Position numbers and translations under genes: made by a program | Shown here: positions 35,434 through 45,331 of the stretch, one piece after another | Layout: each line of letters opens with the position of its first letter | How positions within the stretch are numbered: position 1 is the first letter of the stretch | The notes under the pieces: generated by a model | Told to the model about the DNA's origin: nothing | The model's database searches: none | The model's input: the letters and a program-made list of their open reading frames with translations, nothing else | From: Candidatus Melainabacteria bacterium | GTDB taxonomy: Bacteria > Cyanobacteriota > Vampirovibrionia > Obscuribacterales > Obscuribacteraceae | Direction of reading: 5' to 3' | Length of the DNA: 64,000 nucleotides | Assembly: GCA_003242885.1 (NCBI GenBank) | Contig: QKMZ01000015.1 | Location: forward strand, 269,568-333,567

Positions 35434-36759
35434 TTATTTGTCCAGGTCTTTGTGAGTGAATTTTCTGGCGTTTTCACCGGAATAGTCGGCAACAATCTGT
35501 CCTTTGCCGACCAATTTGTATTTGTAGGTAATAATTCCTTCCACCCCAACTGGACCGCGTGGGTGCAGTTTTCCAGTGCTGATGCCTACTTCTGCGCCAA
35601 AGCCATAACGAAAACCATCAGCAAATCTGGTTGATACGTTGTGGTACACGCCCGCAGAATTCACCTCAGCAAAGAAGCGTTCGAAAGCTTCGGGATTTTC
35701 CGTGACGATGCACTCAGTGTGTCCGGAGCCGAAAGTGTTGATGTGCTCGACTGCCTCGTCAAGCGAGTCTACAACTTTGATAGATAACGTGAGGTCGGAA
35801 AACTCCGTTGTCCAGTCGGTATCATCAGCGGTGTCAACATCTTTGAGATGGAAAGTTTCTATGGCGGATTTTTCGACGCGCACTTTTACAATTTTATCTT
35901 TTAGCGCCTCAATGACTTTGGGCAAAAAAACAGCCGCAATCTTGCGGTTCACCAGCAGGGTTTCGATAGCATTGCAGGCGGCAGGGTATTGCGTCTTACA
36001 GTCAACCGCAAGAGAGGTTGCCATCTCTAAATCCGCTTTTTCATCGACGTACAAATGGCAAACTCCATCCGCGTGCCCAAGCACCGGTATGCGAGTGTTT
36101 TCTTGAATGTGTCTGACCAGTTCGTTTGAACCACGCGGCACAACCAAATCAACTTCTTTGTCAAGTTTCAAAAGATCAGAGACTTCCTCTCTCCCTGACA
36201 GAAGCGTAAAGGAACCTTCTGGATAACCCGCCGACTTCAGTCCTTCAGCCAGGCAATTGAAAATCTCGCGATTGGAATTTTCTGCTTCCTTGCCGCCTTT
36301 GATTAGCCCGGCGTTTCCGCTCTTTACCAAAAGCGACATTATTTGAGGCAAGGCATCAGGTCTTGATTCGAAAATCACAAGTATGACGCCGATGGGACAG
36401 CAGACTCGATTGAGTTCTAGTCCGTCATCTAGCTCTCTCTTCAGGCTCGAGGTGCCGAGAATGTCTTCGATCTGTGCGACTTGCCGAACTCCATCTATAA
36501 CACCTCTGAGTTTTTCCGCGTCCAGTTTTAGACGTTTCAAATACGACGAGGGCATCATTCCTTTTTCTACAAGAGCTTCGGCGTTGGCGACGTCAATCTT
36601 GTTCGCTCTAAGAATTCGCGATTCGTTTTTGCCCAACTGCTCCGCCATTGCCATCAGAGCTGCAGCGCGAGTTTCCTTGGACAGGCGTGCCAAGCGGCTT
36701 GAAGCAAGGCGCGCTTGTTTAGCGACTTCCTGAACTTGACTCAAAACCGATTCTGCCAT
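35434..36759 (-). CDS. proA: glutamate-5-semialdehyde dehydrogenase (gamma-glutamyl phosphate reductase)
   Basis: ProA-wide similarity (GVILVIFESRPDA, NAIETLLV, GSGHTECIVTE, NVSTRFADGFRYGFGAEVGIST). Start taken at ATG 36759, which has a GAAGG SD. The ORF opens at GTG 36795. Confidence 0.9.
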   Translation of the reverse strand: MAESVLSQVQEVAKQARLASSRLARLSKETRAAALMAMAEQLGKNESRILRANKIDVANAEALVEKGMMPSSYLKRLKLDAEKLRGVIDGVRQVAQIEDILGTSSLKRELDDGLELNRVCCPIGVILVIFESRPDALPQIMSLLVKSGNAGLIKGGKEAENSNREIFNCLAEGLKSAGYPEGSFTLLSGREEVSDLLKLDKEVDLVVPRGSNELVRHIQENTRIPVLGHADGVCHLYVDEKADLEMATSLAVDCKTQYPAACNAIETLLVNRKIAAVFLPKVIEALKDKIVKVRVEKSAIETFHLKDVDTADDTDWTTEFSDLTLSIKVVDSLDEAVEHINTFGSGHTECIVTENPEAFERFFAEVNSAGVYHNVSTRFADGFRYGFGAEVGISTGKLHPRGPVGVEGIITYKYKLVGKGQIVADYSGENARKFTHKDLDK

Positions 36760-36803
36760 TTTCAGCCTTCTTGCTTCTCCACAGCTCTTGTCCACGCCTG
36801 ATT

Positions 36804-37973
36804 TTACGCGGTTTCGAGCAAAGCGATATTATCACGTGTGACAATCGCGTCATAATTGCGAACGTCGATTTTTGCATCAATGGCGTCAGAGTGCTGACCC
36901 GAGATCTGCTTGGTTTCGTCGCTAGAGTAGTTGGCGATGCCGCGAGCGAACTCGTGCCCAGCTTCGTCAACGATTCCAATCACGTCGCCTCTTTCAAACT
37001 GCCCGCGCACCTGTACTATGCCCGCCGGAAGGAGGCTTGCCTTGCCATTCTTCAACGCGGTCTTTGCACCGTCATTCACCACTAATGCTGCTTTCACCGT
37101 TGTCGCAAAGGCAATCCAGCGCTTCTTCCCAGTCATTCCCGGTGTGGGCAGAAAGAGCGTGCCGATTTCCTCTTCGGCAAACAGGCGAGGAATGACATTA
37201 GGCACCTTTCCACCCGCGATAATTACCGAGCAGCCTGACTGGGTTGCCGTCTTGGCCGCTTCAATCTTGGTTTGCATCCCGCCGCGCCCCATTTTTCCTG
37301 GAGCCGCCGGCCCCGATGCAAGTTTTTCAATGTCCGCGTTTATGCTTGGGACAAGCGGTATGAGCTTCGCATTGTCGCCTTTGCGCGGGTCGTCGGTATA
37401 AAGACCATCTACATCAGTCAAGATAATGAGCAAATCAGCTTCCACTTTGCTGGCAACTAATGCCGAAAGCTTGTCGTTGTCACCGAAATTGACTTTGAGG
37501 AATTCGAACTCTTTGCCTGATTCAATCTCTGCGGTAGACACAGTGTCGTTTTCGTTAATGATTGGCAAAACCTTGAGTCTCATCAACTCTCCGATTGTGC
37601 TGCGCAGATTGAGATAGCGGGTGCGATTCGAAAAGTCTTCTTCTGTCAGGAGTATCTGCGCCGTGATAATATCGAGCGCTTGAAAGGCGTCCGAATAAAG
37701 GGCCATCAGCCTGCCTTGCCCGACCGCTGCACAGGCTTGCTTCATCGGCAGAAGCTTCGGTTTTTTGTCGAGCTGCAGCTTCTGAACGCCCAGCCCGACG
37801 GCGCCAGACGTTACGAGCAGTACTTCCTTACCCTGCTTCATCAGCCCAGCAATGCCTTCAATGAAGGCGTAGAAGCGGCTCAGCGCAATTCCCCCCTCCT
37901 CTTTCATAAGCACGGCAGTGCCAAGCTTTATGACAATTCGCTTTGCCCCGGTCAAAACATCTTTGCGGTCCAT
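36804..37973 (-). CDS. proB: glutamate 5-kinase with C-terminal PUA domain
   Basis: IVIKLGTAVL, VLLVTSGAVGLG, GDNDKLSALVA and GRGGMQTKIEAAK, then a PUA-like C-terminus (GIVQVRGQFERGDVIGIV). Confidence 0.9.
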   Translation of the reverse strand: MDRKDVLTGAKRIVIKLGTAVLMKEEGGIALSRFYAFIEGIAGLMKQGKEVLLVTSGAVGLGVQKLQLDKKPKLLPMKQACAAVGQGRLMALYSDAFQALDIITAQILLTEEDFSNRTRYLNLRSTIGELMRLKVLPIINENDTVSTAEIESGKEFEFLKVNFGDNDKLSALVASKVEADLLIILTDVDGLYTDDPRKGDNAKLIPLVPSINADIEKLASGPAAPGKMGRGGMQTKIEAAKTATQSGCSVIIAGGKVPNVIPRLFAEEEIGTLFLPTPGMTGKKRWIAFATTVKAALVVNDGAKTALKNGKASLLPAGIVQVRGQFERGDVIGIVDEAGHEFARGIANYSSDETKQISGQHSDAIDAKIDVRNYDAIVTRDNIALLETA

Positions 37974-38157
37974 CTAGCTTGCCTTTCGCGGTTGCCCGCG
38001 CGAAATTTCTCTGCCCTGTCGAGAGTGTTAGCAGAATTACCATTGATTTTAAACGCATATCGTCATTCAATAAGGTGGATCTCAGGAGGCTGGACTGTAT
38101 TTCGTGCCGTACACAGGCCCCGAAAACCTCCCCTAAAAACTCTAGAGGATAAGCAAA

Positions 38158-38505
38158 GTGGTAGAGCGAGATAGGAATGGCAAATATCCGGCGTCCATCC
38201 AATTGGGTTCATTAGAAAACCCCACTGGAGAAAAGGTAAAGAGAATCACGCGCGAACAAGTGCGCACCATGCGGACCCAAGAAATCCAAAAGGTCAAACC
38301 GCACTTTACGATTGCGCAAGTCGCCGTCCGCTGGTGGAAAGAACTGCTTGCATATTTTTCTTACAAACCGAAAGAGAAGCGCGCTCCTCAAAATTGCAAG
38401 CTCTATGGACACACGGTCGCGCGCACGCCCGGCGGATTCGAGCCCCGGTGCCGTTTTTGCGATGCCGTGATTGAAGACGTAGATATGCTGCGGTCGAAGG
38501 TTTAG
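38158..38505 (+). CDS. hypothetical protein
   Basis: 115-aa ORF with a GTG start. Possible Cys4 knuckle (CKLYGH...CRFCD). No SD checked convincingly. Confidence 0.3.
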   Translation: MVERDRNGKYPASIQLGSLENPTGEKVKRITREQVRTMRTQEIQKVKPHFTIAQVAVRWWKELLAYFSYKPKEKRAPQNCKLYGHTVARTPGGFEPRCRFCDAVIEDVDMLRSKV

Positions 38506-38585
38506 GGGCGAAGGTCAGCTATGGAGCTGGACTTCGAAGTCAGGTTCAGAATTGATATTCGGCTGATTAAGTGCAATTAGTCGAC

Positions 38586-38777
38586 CTATTTCGTGCTGTC
38601 CACCACCGCTTTCACTGGTGAGTCGAACGCTGGATAGAGGCTGACGATTGTGCTCACAACACTGTCGAGGCTCGCCTGGTCCAGATCTCCAACAGCTTTC
38701 AAAAAGGATTCGGTCGACGAGCGCCTTATCCGGCTGACTTGTTTGCCGATATGGCTGGCCGTTGCATGATTGTCCAT
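38586..38777 (-). CDS. small hypothetical protein (63 aa)
   Basis: AAGGAG 9 nt upstream of ATG 38777. The ORF track opens it at 38840. Confidence 0.3.
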   Translation of the reverse strand: MDNHATASHIGKQVSRIRRSSTESFLKAVGDLDQASLDSVVSTIVSLYPAFDSPVKAVVDSTK

Positions 38778-38960
38778 ATCTTCCGTCTCCTTTTTTATCA
38801 TTTGAATTACCGGGCTAGTAAAGCAATTTAAAAACGTCAAGTTTGGTATCCGACTGACTACGCCACTGTAAGGCGTTTTCGCTCTAAGGTCAGTCCAAAC
38901 TTCACCAGATCAGTCCTGGGGTTTTTCCTTGAAAGGCATTTCTGGCTATACTATTTCTCT

Positions 38961-40373
38961 ATGACGTTTTTACGCGCGGCGCTTGCTATTCTGCTTGTCT
39001 GCATGCTCTCGGCGGGATATTTCCTGTTCGGGAAGTATCAGGCGCTTTCTGAGGCGCATGAATTGCGCCAGCAGGTCGTGACAATTGCAATACCGCGTGG
39101 CGCCACGTTTGAAGATACTTTGGCGCTGCTTTCAAGAGAAGGCATTGTCTCTGACATTTTGCCTTTGCGTATATATCTGAAGGCTACAAACAGTGCACCG
39201 ATCGTGCAAGCCGGTAGTTATCAGTTTCATTCGCCGATTTCACCGCTCGGTGCAGTTGATGTCCTGCGCGGTGGAGCGCATTCAGACAAGCTGACGATTC
39301 TTGAAGGCTGGAATAGATTTGATATCGCACGCGCCATGCGTAGTGTTCCTGCACTTAAGCTCAGGAGTGACACTGAAGCTCTGCCGCTTTTGAATGACGT
39401 ATCGTTGATATCTGACATTGATCCGTTGGCAAGAAACCTTGAAGGATATTTGTATCCGGATACTTACTTCATCGTTGAGCGTATGACGCCAAAGGAAGTC
39501 GTGAAGGGTATGATCACACGCTTTCGCAAGGTGTGGAAAGAACATCTTGCTAGCAAGGCATATGAGCGTAAAACTTCGATTCACGAAGTTGTTACTGTCG
39601 CTTCGTTGATTGAAACCGAAGCCAAGCTCGAGTCGGAGAGACCCAAGGTTGCATCGGTAGTCTACAATCGCATCAGTCGCGGTATGCCGCTTGGTATTGA
39701 TTCGACAATTGTTTACGCCGCAAAGCTTGACGGTAAGTGGCGCAACGATGGAAAGGTTTATCAATCGGATATTGATCGACGCTCGCCATATAACACTCGG
39801 ATTTTCAAAGGTTTGCCACCTGGACCCGTAGGTTCGCCTGGTCTGTCTTCGCTGAAGGCTGCGCTCAGTCCGGAGAACACAACTTACTTGTACTATGTGC
39901 GAAACCCCTACCAAGACAATGGTGCGCACAACTTTTACTCGAGTGCTGCAGAGTTTGAAACTGGTGTTGCGATGCTGCGAAATTGGGAGCGAAAACAGGC
40001 AAGCAACCCAGCTCCAAGTCCAACTGTTTCGCCGCAAACAACTTCGACGCAAGCTGCTTCGACTCCGGTTGTTCCCACTCAATCGCCGGCCGCCCAAACT
40101 ACTGGTGCACCAGGCGTGGTGCCTGCTCCTGGGGCGTTGTTGAAAACACCACAAGCGGGTTATGTTCAAAACCCTCTCAATTCTGGTTCTGCGTCAACCG
40201 CTGCACAGACAAGAGTAAATGCTACACGGCCAAGTTCTGCAAAACAAAACAAAACCGCTAAGCCAGCTCCGCGCCCAACCAAAGTGGCTCAGTCTCAGTC
40301 ACGCAGAACGACACGTGTTCAGAAAAGAAGCACAAAGGTATCCTCGGGTTCTGGACGCAGACATAGAAGGTAA
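38961..40373 (+). CDS. mltG: endolytic murein transglycosylase MltG (YceG-like) with a long low-complexity C-terminal tail
   Basis: N-terminal TM helix. YceG motifs LEGYLYPDTY, ASLIETEA, VVYNRISRGMPLGIDSTIVYA and SPYNTRIFKGLPPGPVGSPG. The last roughly 130 aa are S/T/P/A/Q-rich and end Arg/Lys-rich. Confidence 0.85.
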   Translation: MTFLRAALAILLVCMLSAGYFLFGKYQALSEAHELRQQVVTIAIPRGATFEDTLALLSREGIVSDILPLRIYLKATNSAPIVQAGSYQFHSPISPLGAVDVLRGGAHSDKLTILEGWNRFDIARAMRSVPALKLRSDTEALPLLNDVSLISDIDPLARNLEGYLYPDTYFIVERMTPKEVVKGMITRFRKVWKEHLASKAYERKTSIHEVVTVASLIETEAKLESERPKVASVVYNRISRGMPLGIDSTIVYAAKLDGKWRNDGKVYQSDIDRRSPYNTRIFKGLPPGPVGSPGLSSLKAALSPENTTYLYYVRNPYQDNGAHNFYSSAAEFETGVAMLRNWERKQASNPAPSPTVSPQTTSTQAASTPVVPTQSPAAQTTGAPGVVPAPGALLKTPQAGYVQNPLNSGSASTAAQTRVNATRPSSAKQNKTAKPAPRPTKVAQSQSRRTTRVQKRSTKVSSGSGRRHRR

Positions 40374-40381
40374 TTTTCGAA

Positions 40382-41398
40382 ATGGAAAATGCCGTCAGCG
40401 TTTCGCAGCTCGTCAAGAATTTTGTCCTGAAAAAACGCGAGGGAATGCGCTGGACTGAGTCTGAAGTTAAGGCAGTCGACGGTATCACGTTGTCGATTGA
40501 GAAGGGGCAGTCAGTCGCTTTCATAGGACCTAATGGCGCCGGTAAATCTACGACTATCAAAATGCTTACCGGCATTTTGCATCCGACTTCAGGAGAGGCA
40601 AGTGTACTCGGCTGTGTTCCGTGGAAAGAACGCACACGCCTAGCGAAGCGCATTGGCGTGGTCTTCGGACAGCGCTCGCAATTGTGGTATCACTTGCCAC
40701 CTCGCGATACTTTCGAACTCTTGTCCAAGATTTATGAGATAAAGCAGGACGTTTTCAAATCACGACGAGACATGTTGATCGAGCGTTTTCAACTTTCGGA
40801 GTTTCTCGATACGCCAGTGCGTAAGCTTTCATTGGGACAGCGAATGCGTGCTGAAGTTGCCTGCAGCCTTTTGCATGGGCCAGAAGTGATTTTCCTGGAC
40901 GAACCCACAATTGGCCTCGATGTGATTGCCCGACAAGAATTGCGTGATTTGATCAGTGAGTGGAATAGAGAAAACGGCGTTACTGTTTTTCTTACAAGCC
41001 ACGATGCTGGTGATATCCAGCATGTCGCAAGGCGTGTAATTGTCATAAACCACGGGCGCGTTGTCCTGGACGATCGTGTGTCTCGTGTACGCAGGCAGTA
41101 TTTAAGAGAGAAAGTTCTCAGCGTCAAGTATGCAGATACACCAGAATCCATATCACTTGATGGTGTTAAAACCCTCAAGGAATCGGGACATGCTTTCAAG
41201 TTTGAAGTCGACACATTGGCTGTCCCGATTGAGAAAGTGATGTCGGAGATTATGCGCATTGGCTCCGTTGTAGACATCACAATTGAAGACCCGCCGTTGG
41301 AAGAAGTCATCGCGCACATCTATTCCGCTCCGCCGACTGAGTTTGGTGACGATGCGCCTGATGATGAGCCAGACGAAAATGAGAGTAAATCTTCATGA
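40382..41398 (+). CDS. ABC transporter ATP-binding protein
   Basis: Walker A GPNGAGKSTT, signature LSLGQRMR, Walker B IFLDEPTIGLD. Acidic C-terminal tail. Starts 8 nt after mltG. Confidence 0.9.
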   Translation: MENAVSVSQLVKNFVLKKREGMRWTESEVKAVDGITLSIEKGQSVAFIGPNGAGKSTTIKMLTGILHPTSGEASVLGCVPWKERTRLAKRIGVVFGQRSQLWYHLPPRDTFELLSKIYEIKQDVFKSRRDMLIERFQLSEFLDTPVRKLSLGQRMRAEVACSLLHGPEVIFLDEPTIGLDVIARQELRDLISEWNRENGVTVFLTSHDAGDIQHVARRVIVINHGRVVLDDRVSRVRRQYLREKVLSVKYADTPESISLDGVKTLKESGHAFKFEVDTLAVPIEKVMSEIMRIGSVVDITIEDPPLEEVIAHIYSAPPTEFGDDAPDDEPDENESKSS

Positions 41399-42183
41399 GC
41401 AAGTATTTCTACATTGCTCTGACAAGCATTCGTTCTCGGCTTGCTTATTTAGGTGAACTCGGCAGCAAAACGATCTTCCTGTTCGTCGTTTTGTATATCT
41501 TCCTGTGTCTCTGGAAAGTCACATACGCAGAGACAAACCAAAGTTCGCTCGGCGGATTGAGTTTGAAACAGATGCTCTGGTATTTGGTCGTCACAGAGTC
41601 AATCATCATGTCACTGCCAACTATCGCAACACTGGTCGACCAAGATGTGAGAACCGGCGCACTGGCGATGCAGCTCGTACGTCCAATGTCTTATCCACTG
41701 AACATGTTGGCTCAAACCTCGGGTGAGCGCGTACTTTCGTTCGCTCTCAATTTCTTGGTAGGCTCCATCATTGCACTGATATTTGTCGGTCCTCTGGATT
41801 TCAATTTAAGTGGAATCGCGATGTTCTTACTCTTGATACCACTTTCATTTGCCCTCGACTTCACGATTTACTTTCTGATCGGTTTAGCAGCTTTCTGGCT
41901 TGAGGACACTACCGGCCTGACACTCATCTACTCGCGGATGACCATGATTCTCGGCGGCATGCTAATTCCGTTGGAACTTTTCCCTGACGGCTGGCAGCAG
42001 ATTCTTCGAGTGCTTCCCTTCTCTGCAATTGTGTACGGACCTGCGAGAGTCTTTGTCACTGGCGATCTTCAGGTGTTTCTCTCCGTTCTTATCCAGCAAA
42101 TTGTTGCAATTCTCGTTTTTGCATTTGTGATTCGGATCGTCTACAACCTTGCGCTAAGGCGTGTTTTTTCACATGGAGGTTGA
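41395..42183 (+). CDS. ABC-2 type permease subunit
   Basis: 262 aa with about six hydrophobic helices. 4-nt overlap with the ATPase gene (ATGA). Confidence 0.7.
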   Translation: MSKYFYIALTSIRSRLAYLGELGSKTIFLFVVLYIFLCLWKVTYAETNQSSLGGLSLKQMLWYLVVTESIIMSLPTIATLVDQDVRTGALAMQLVRPMSYPLNMLAQTSGERVLSFALNFLVGSIIALIFVGPLDFNLSGIAMFLLLIPLSFALDFTIYFLIGLAAFWLEDTTGLTLIYSRMTMILGGMLIPLELFPDGWQQILRVLPFSAIVYGPARVFVTGDLQVFLSVLIQQIVAILVFAFVIRIVYNLALRRVFSHGG

Positions 42184-42186
42184 AGG

Positions 42187-42981
42187 ATGAACTGGTTGAC
42201 CTCTTATACAAATCTCGCTTCCGCCTATATCAAAATCAATTTCAAGTCGTTGCTTGCATATCGTGGTGCCTTCATTTCGCAAATGGTGGCGATGTTTATC
42301 AATGACTTTGTTTGGATTGCCTTCTGGTGCTTGTTCTTCACTCGCTTCCCAGTCGTTAAGGGCTGGGGCGTCAACGATGTAATTACACTCTGGGCAATTG
42401 CGGCATCGGGATTCGGACTGGCGCATATGATTATGGGCAATGCACTTGCACTCCCTGGGATCATCATGCGAGGCGAGCTTGATTCGTGGTTGCTCTATCC
42501 TCGTGCGGTTTTGCCGCACCTCTTGCTTGGCAAAAGCAGTGCGAGTTCGTGGGGCGATTTCCTCTTCGGAATTGTCGTATACGCAATTTTTGTAAAACCC
42601 GACCTCCCGCACTTTAGTCTTTTCATGGCGCTTATCTGCTCCGTGGCGGTTTTGTTCGTCGGCTTCAGTGTTTTCACCGGAAGCCTGGCATTTTTCATGG
42701 GAAGCGCGGAATCGGTCTCAGTGCAACTGCGCATCGCGATGATCACATTCAGCACCTATCCGTCGCCAATATTTCAAGGTTTCGTCAAAATCTTGCTGTT
42801 TACCCTATTGCCCGCGATGTTCGTGAGTCACTTGACTGTAAGTGCACTACGAAACATGTCAATGCTTGATGCTTTGTATTCCTTTGGTGGCGCCCTGGGC
42901 GTACTCTTAGCCGGAATAATCATGTTTTACGTCGGTCTTCGCCGCTACGAATCAGGCAACCTCATGGAAATGCGCGGATAA
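42187..42981 (+). CDS. ABC-2 type permease subunit
   Basis: 264 aa with about six hydrophobic helices. Starts 3 nt after the previous permease. Confidence 0.7.
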   Translation: MNWLTSYTNLASAYIKINFKSLLAYRGAFISQMVAMFINDFVWIAFWCLFFTRFPVVKGWGVNDVITLWAIAASGFGLAHMIMGNALALPGIIMRGELDSWLLYPRAVLPHLLLGKSSASSWGDFLFGIVVYAIFVKPDLPHFSLFMALICSVAVLFVGFSVFTGSLAFFMGSAESVSVQLRIAMITFSTYPSPIFQGFVKILLFTLLPAMFVSHLTVSALRNMSMLDALYSFGGALGVLLAGIIMFYVGLRRYESGNLMEMRG

Positions 42982-43053
42982 TTTTTCGCGTCTGCCTTTG
43001 TTGTAATATATGCCGCAGACCTGCGAACCACGGCTCAAGGAAGACTGCTTGGC

Positions 43054-44430
43054 ATGACCGTCGAGATTCCCACGCTAAACGACCAAAATTCGGAAGTGCA
43101 TTTCGAATTGAAGAAGGGCGAATCATTTTTGATTGGTAGATCGCAGGTGCGTAAGTCAGAGCGCCAGATTCTTATTCAAGACATAACTGTTTCCAATCAG
43201 CATGTTGAATTGTTTGCACATCCGGAAGGAATAAGTGCGAAGGATTTGAAGAGTACGAATGGAACTGCCATTGATGGCGAGTGGCTTCGTGCGGGAATTT
43301 CGTTTCCTGTGCGCAATGGTAGTTTGATGCTACTCGGAAAAAAGGGCACCGCGTTTCTCCAGGTGTTTTTCGATTCGAATGGCGATGGCACGCAGAAAGT
43401 AACTGTTCTAAGAACGTCTCCAAAGATTGATGAGGAAACCGAAAACATCGGTGAGGATTCGGAGGTTGCACAATGGCTCGAACGCTGTCGCGAAACCGAT
43501 ACGGCGATTTGTCCTGTTTGCCATAAAACCTATGATGGAAAAAAGGTTTTGATTTGTCCGGCGGATGGTGGCTATCTCGGTAGGCGTGAAGACCCGCAAG
43601 GTGGACCGGTAGCTGCAAAACACTACAAGTTGTGCAACTACATAGGCACTGGGTCACTCACTGAAGTCTACAAAGTCGAGCACGTGCGATTGGACCGCCC
43701 GTACGCACTTAAGGTATTTCATTCCGGTGTTCATCGCGAAACCGAAACTGCTCACATAATTCAATCCGCCAAGCAATGGGCGCGATTGCAACATGCCTCA
43801 ATCGCATCTGTAGTCGAATGGGGTTGGCTCACGAAAGACGAGCTCTTCATCGTCATGGAGTATTTCCAAAATCCATCGTTGGAGCAGTACGTCAAAACAA
43901 ACGGACCGCTCTCGGTGCAAGAGCTTGTGAAAGTATTTGTCCCTGTATGTAACGCACTAAAATACGCGCATGCACAGGGGGTTTTTCACAGCAATCTGAA
44001 GTTAAGTAAGATATATGTCTCGAATCTAAAAGCACATCCGGTTGTGAAAATTTCCGATTTCGGATTGACTGACAAATTGGTGAAGAGCTTAGGATGGGTC
44101 AAAGCAACGTTGCGAACGCGCGACCAAACGGGAGAACCGCTCACAACCAGCCCTGAATACTGGCAAGGCGAAGGTCTGACAGGTGCTTCTGATATTTATG
44201 CGATTGGTTGTGCCATGTATCACGCGCTAACGGGCGTTCCAGTTTTTGAAAAGAAAAGAACAATGGAGACGATTGCCGCACATATCTATTCGGAGCCTGC
44301 ACCGATTCCAGAGAAGCTTCAAGTCCCGCAGGCGATGCGCGATATCGTAGAGCGTTGTTTGAAGAAACAACCAGAAGAGCGGTATCAAACGATAGATGAA
44401 TTGATCTCGGCATTGGAAACCATGGGTTAG
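43054..44430 (+). CDS. FHA domain - zinc ribbon - Ser/Thr-kinase-like domain (predicted pseudokinase)
   Basis: - FHA motifs IGRS...VSNQHVEL...STNGTAIDG.
- Zinc ribbon CPVCHKTYDGKKVLICPADGG.
- Kinase markers YALKVF, ISDFGL, TSPEY and DIYAIGCAMYH are present.
- The catalytic loop reads FHSNLKLSK. Confidence 0.8.
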   Translation: MTVEIPTLNDQNSEVHFELKKGESFLIGRSQVRKSERQILIQDITVSNQHVELFAHPEGISAKDLKSTNGTAIDGEWLRAGISFPVRNGSLMLLGKKGTAFLQVFFDSNGDGTQKVTVLRTSPKIDEETENIGEDSEVAQWLERCRETDTAICPVCHKTYDGKKVLICPADGGYLGRREDPQGGPVAAKHYKLCNYIGTGSLTEVYKVEHVRLDRPYALKVFHSGVHRETETAHIIQSAKQWARLQHASIASVVEWGWLTKDELFIVMEYFQNPSLEQYVKTNGPLSVQELVKVFVPVCNALKYAHAQGVFHSNLKLSKIYVSNLKAHPVVKISDFGLTDKLVKSLGWVKATLRTRDQTGEPLTTSPEYWQGEGLTGASDIYAIGCAMYHALTGVPVFEKKRTMETIAAHIYSEPAPIPEKLQVPQAMRDIVERCLKKQPEERYQTIDELISALETMG

Positions 44431-44458
44431 ATTTCTACCAACAATTAGGAGTGGGCGA

Positions 44459-45298
44459 ATGGTTACATCTACAATTTCTCCGATCGAAGAATTTCATGCA
44501 CTGCACGAAAAGGGGTGTTTTGTAATTCCCAATCCATGGGATATCGGCTCGGCTAAAATACTTGAGCACTTGGGCTTTAAGGCGCTCGCCACAACATCTG
44601 CCGGCTTCGCTTTTTCTCAAGGGTTGCCTGACACTATTGATGCGCTAGACATGGAGATGGTGCTCGCTCATACTCGTGAGATTGTGTCAGCGACAAGGCT
44701 GCCAGTAAACGCAGATTTTCAGAATGGCTACGCCGACTCGCCGGATAAGGTTGCTGAAAATGTAAAACTCTGTGTGAAGACTGGCGTTGCGGGAATTTCT
44801 ATTGAAGATGCCACGGGTGATGAGTCAAACCCTTTGTACGAGCGCGAGTTAGCTATTGAAAAAATCAAGGCTGCAAGAAAAGCAATTGATGATGGAGAAT
44901 CAAAACCGGTCTTAACGGCACGTTGCGAAGCGTACCTCGTTGGTGCGCCGGATGCTTTTAAAATAACTCTGGATCGTCTCGTTGCTTACGCTGATGCTGG
45001 CGCAGACTGCCTTTTTGCACCGATGGTGAGCGACCCTAAAGAGATTGAGGCAATAGTAAAATCGGTTGTTCCAAAGCCGGTCAACGTGATTATCTCCAAC
45101 TCGACCACGGGACTCAACGTTAAGCAGCTTGCAGATTTAGGTGTTCGTCGCATTTCCGTTGGTTCTGCCCTTGCACGTACGGCATACGGTGCCTTCATCA
45201 ACTCCGCAAAAACAATTCTGGACACAGGAACATTCGACAGTTTCAGCTCTGCCGCATCCTTTGCAGAAATGAATGGGATTTTCTCTGCGAAGAAATAA
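44459..45298 (+). CDS. isocitrate lyase / PEP mutase family enzyme (2-methylisocitrate-lyase-like)
   Basis: PNPWDIGSAKILEHLGFKALATTSAGFA, PVNADFQNGY, AGISIEDA and TARCEA are motifs typical of this superfamily. Confidence 0.8.
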   Translation: MVTSTISPIEEFHALHEKGCFVIPNPWDIGSAKILEHLGFKALATTSAGFAFSQGLPDTIDALDMEMVLAHTREIVSATRLPVNADFQNGYADSPDKVAENVKLCVKTGVAGISIEDATGDESNPLYERELAIEKIKAARKAIDDGESKPVLTARCEAYLVGAPDAFKITLDRLVAYADAGADCLFAPMVSDPKEIEAIVKSVVPKPVNVIISNSTTGLNVKQLADLGVRRISVGSALARTAYGAFINSAKTILDTGTFDSFSSAASFAEMNGIFSAKK

Positions 45299-45331
45299 AA
45301 GTCTGCGATTCCAGAACTGCTTGGTTTGAAC

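Noticed and set aside
39282-40169. 295-aa minus-strand ORF.
   Set aside because: It is antisense to mltG, whose YceG motifs are unambiguous. Its product is Arg/Ser/Cys-rich with no recognisable domain.
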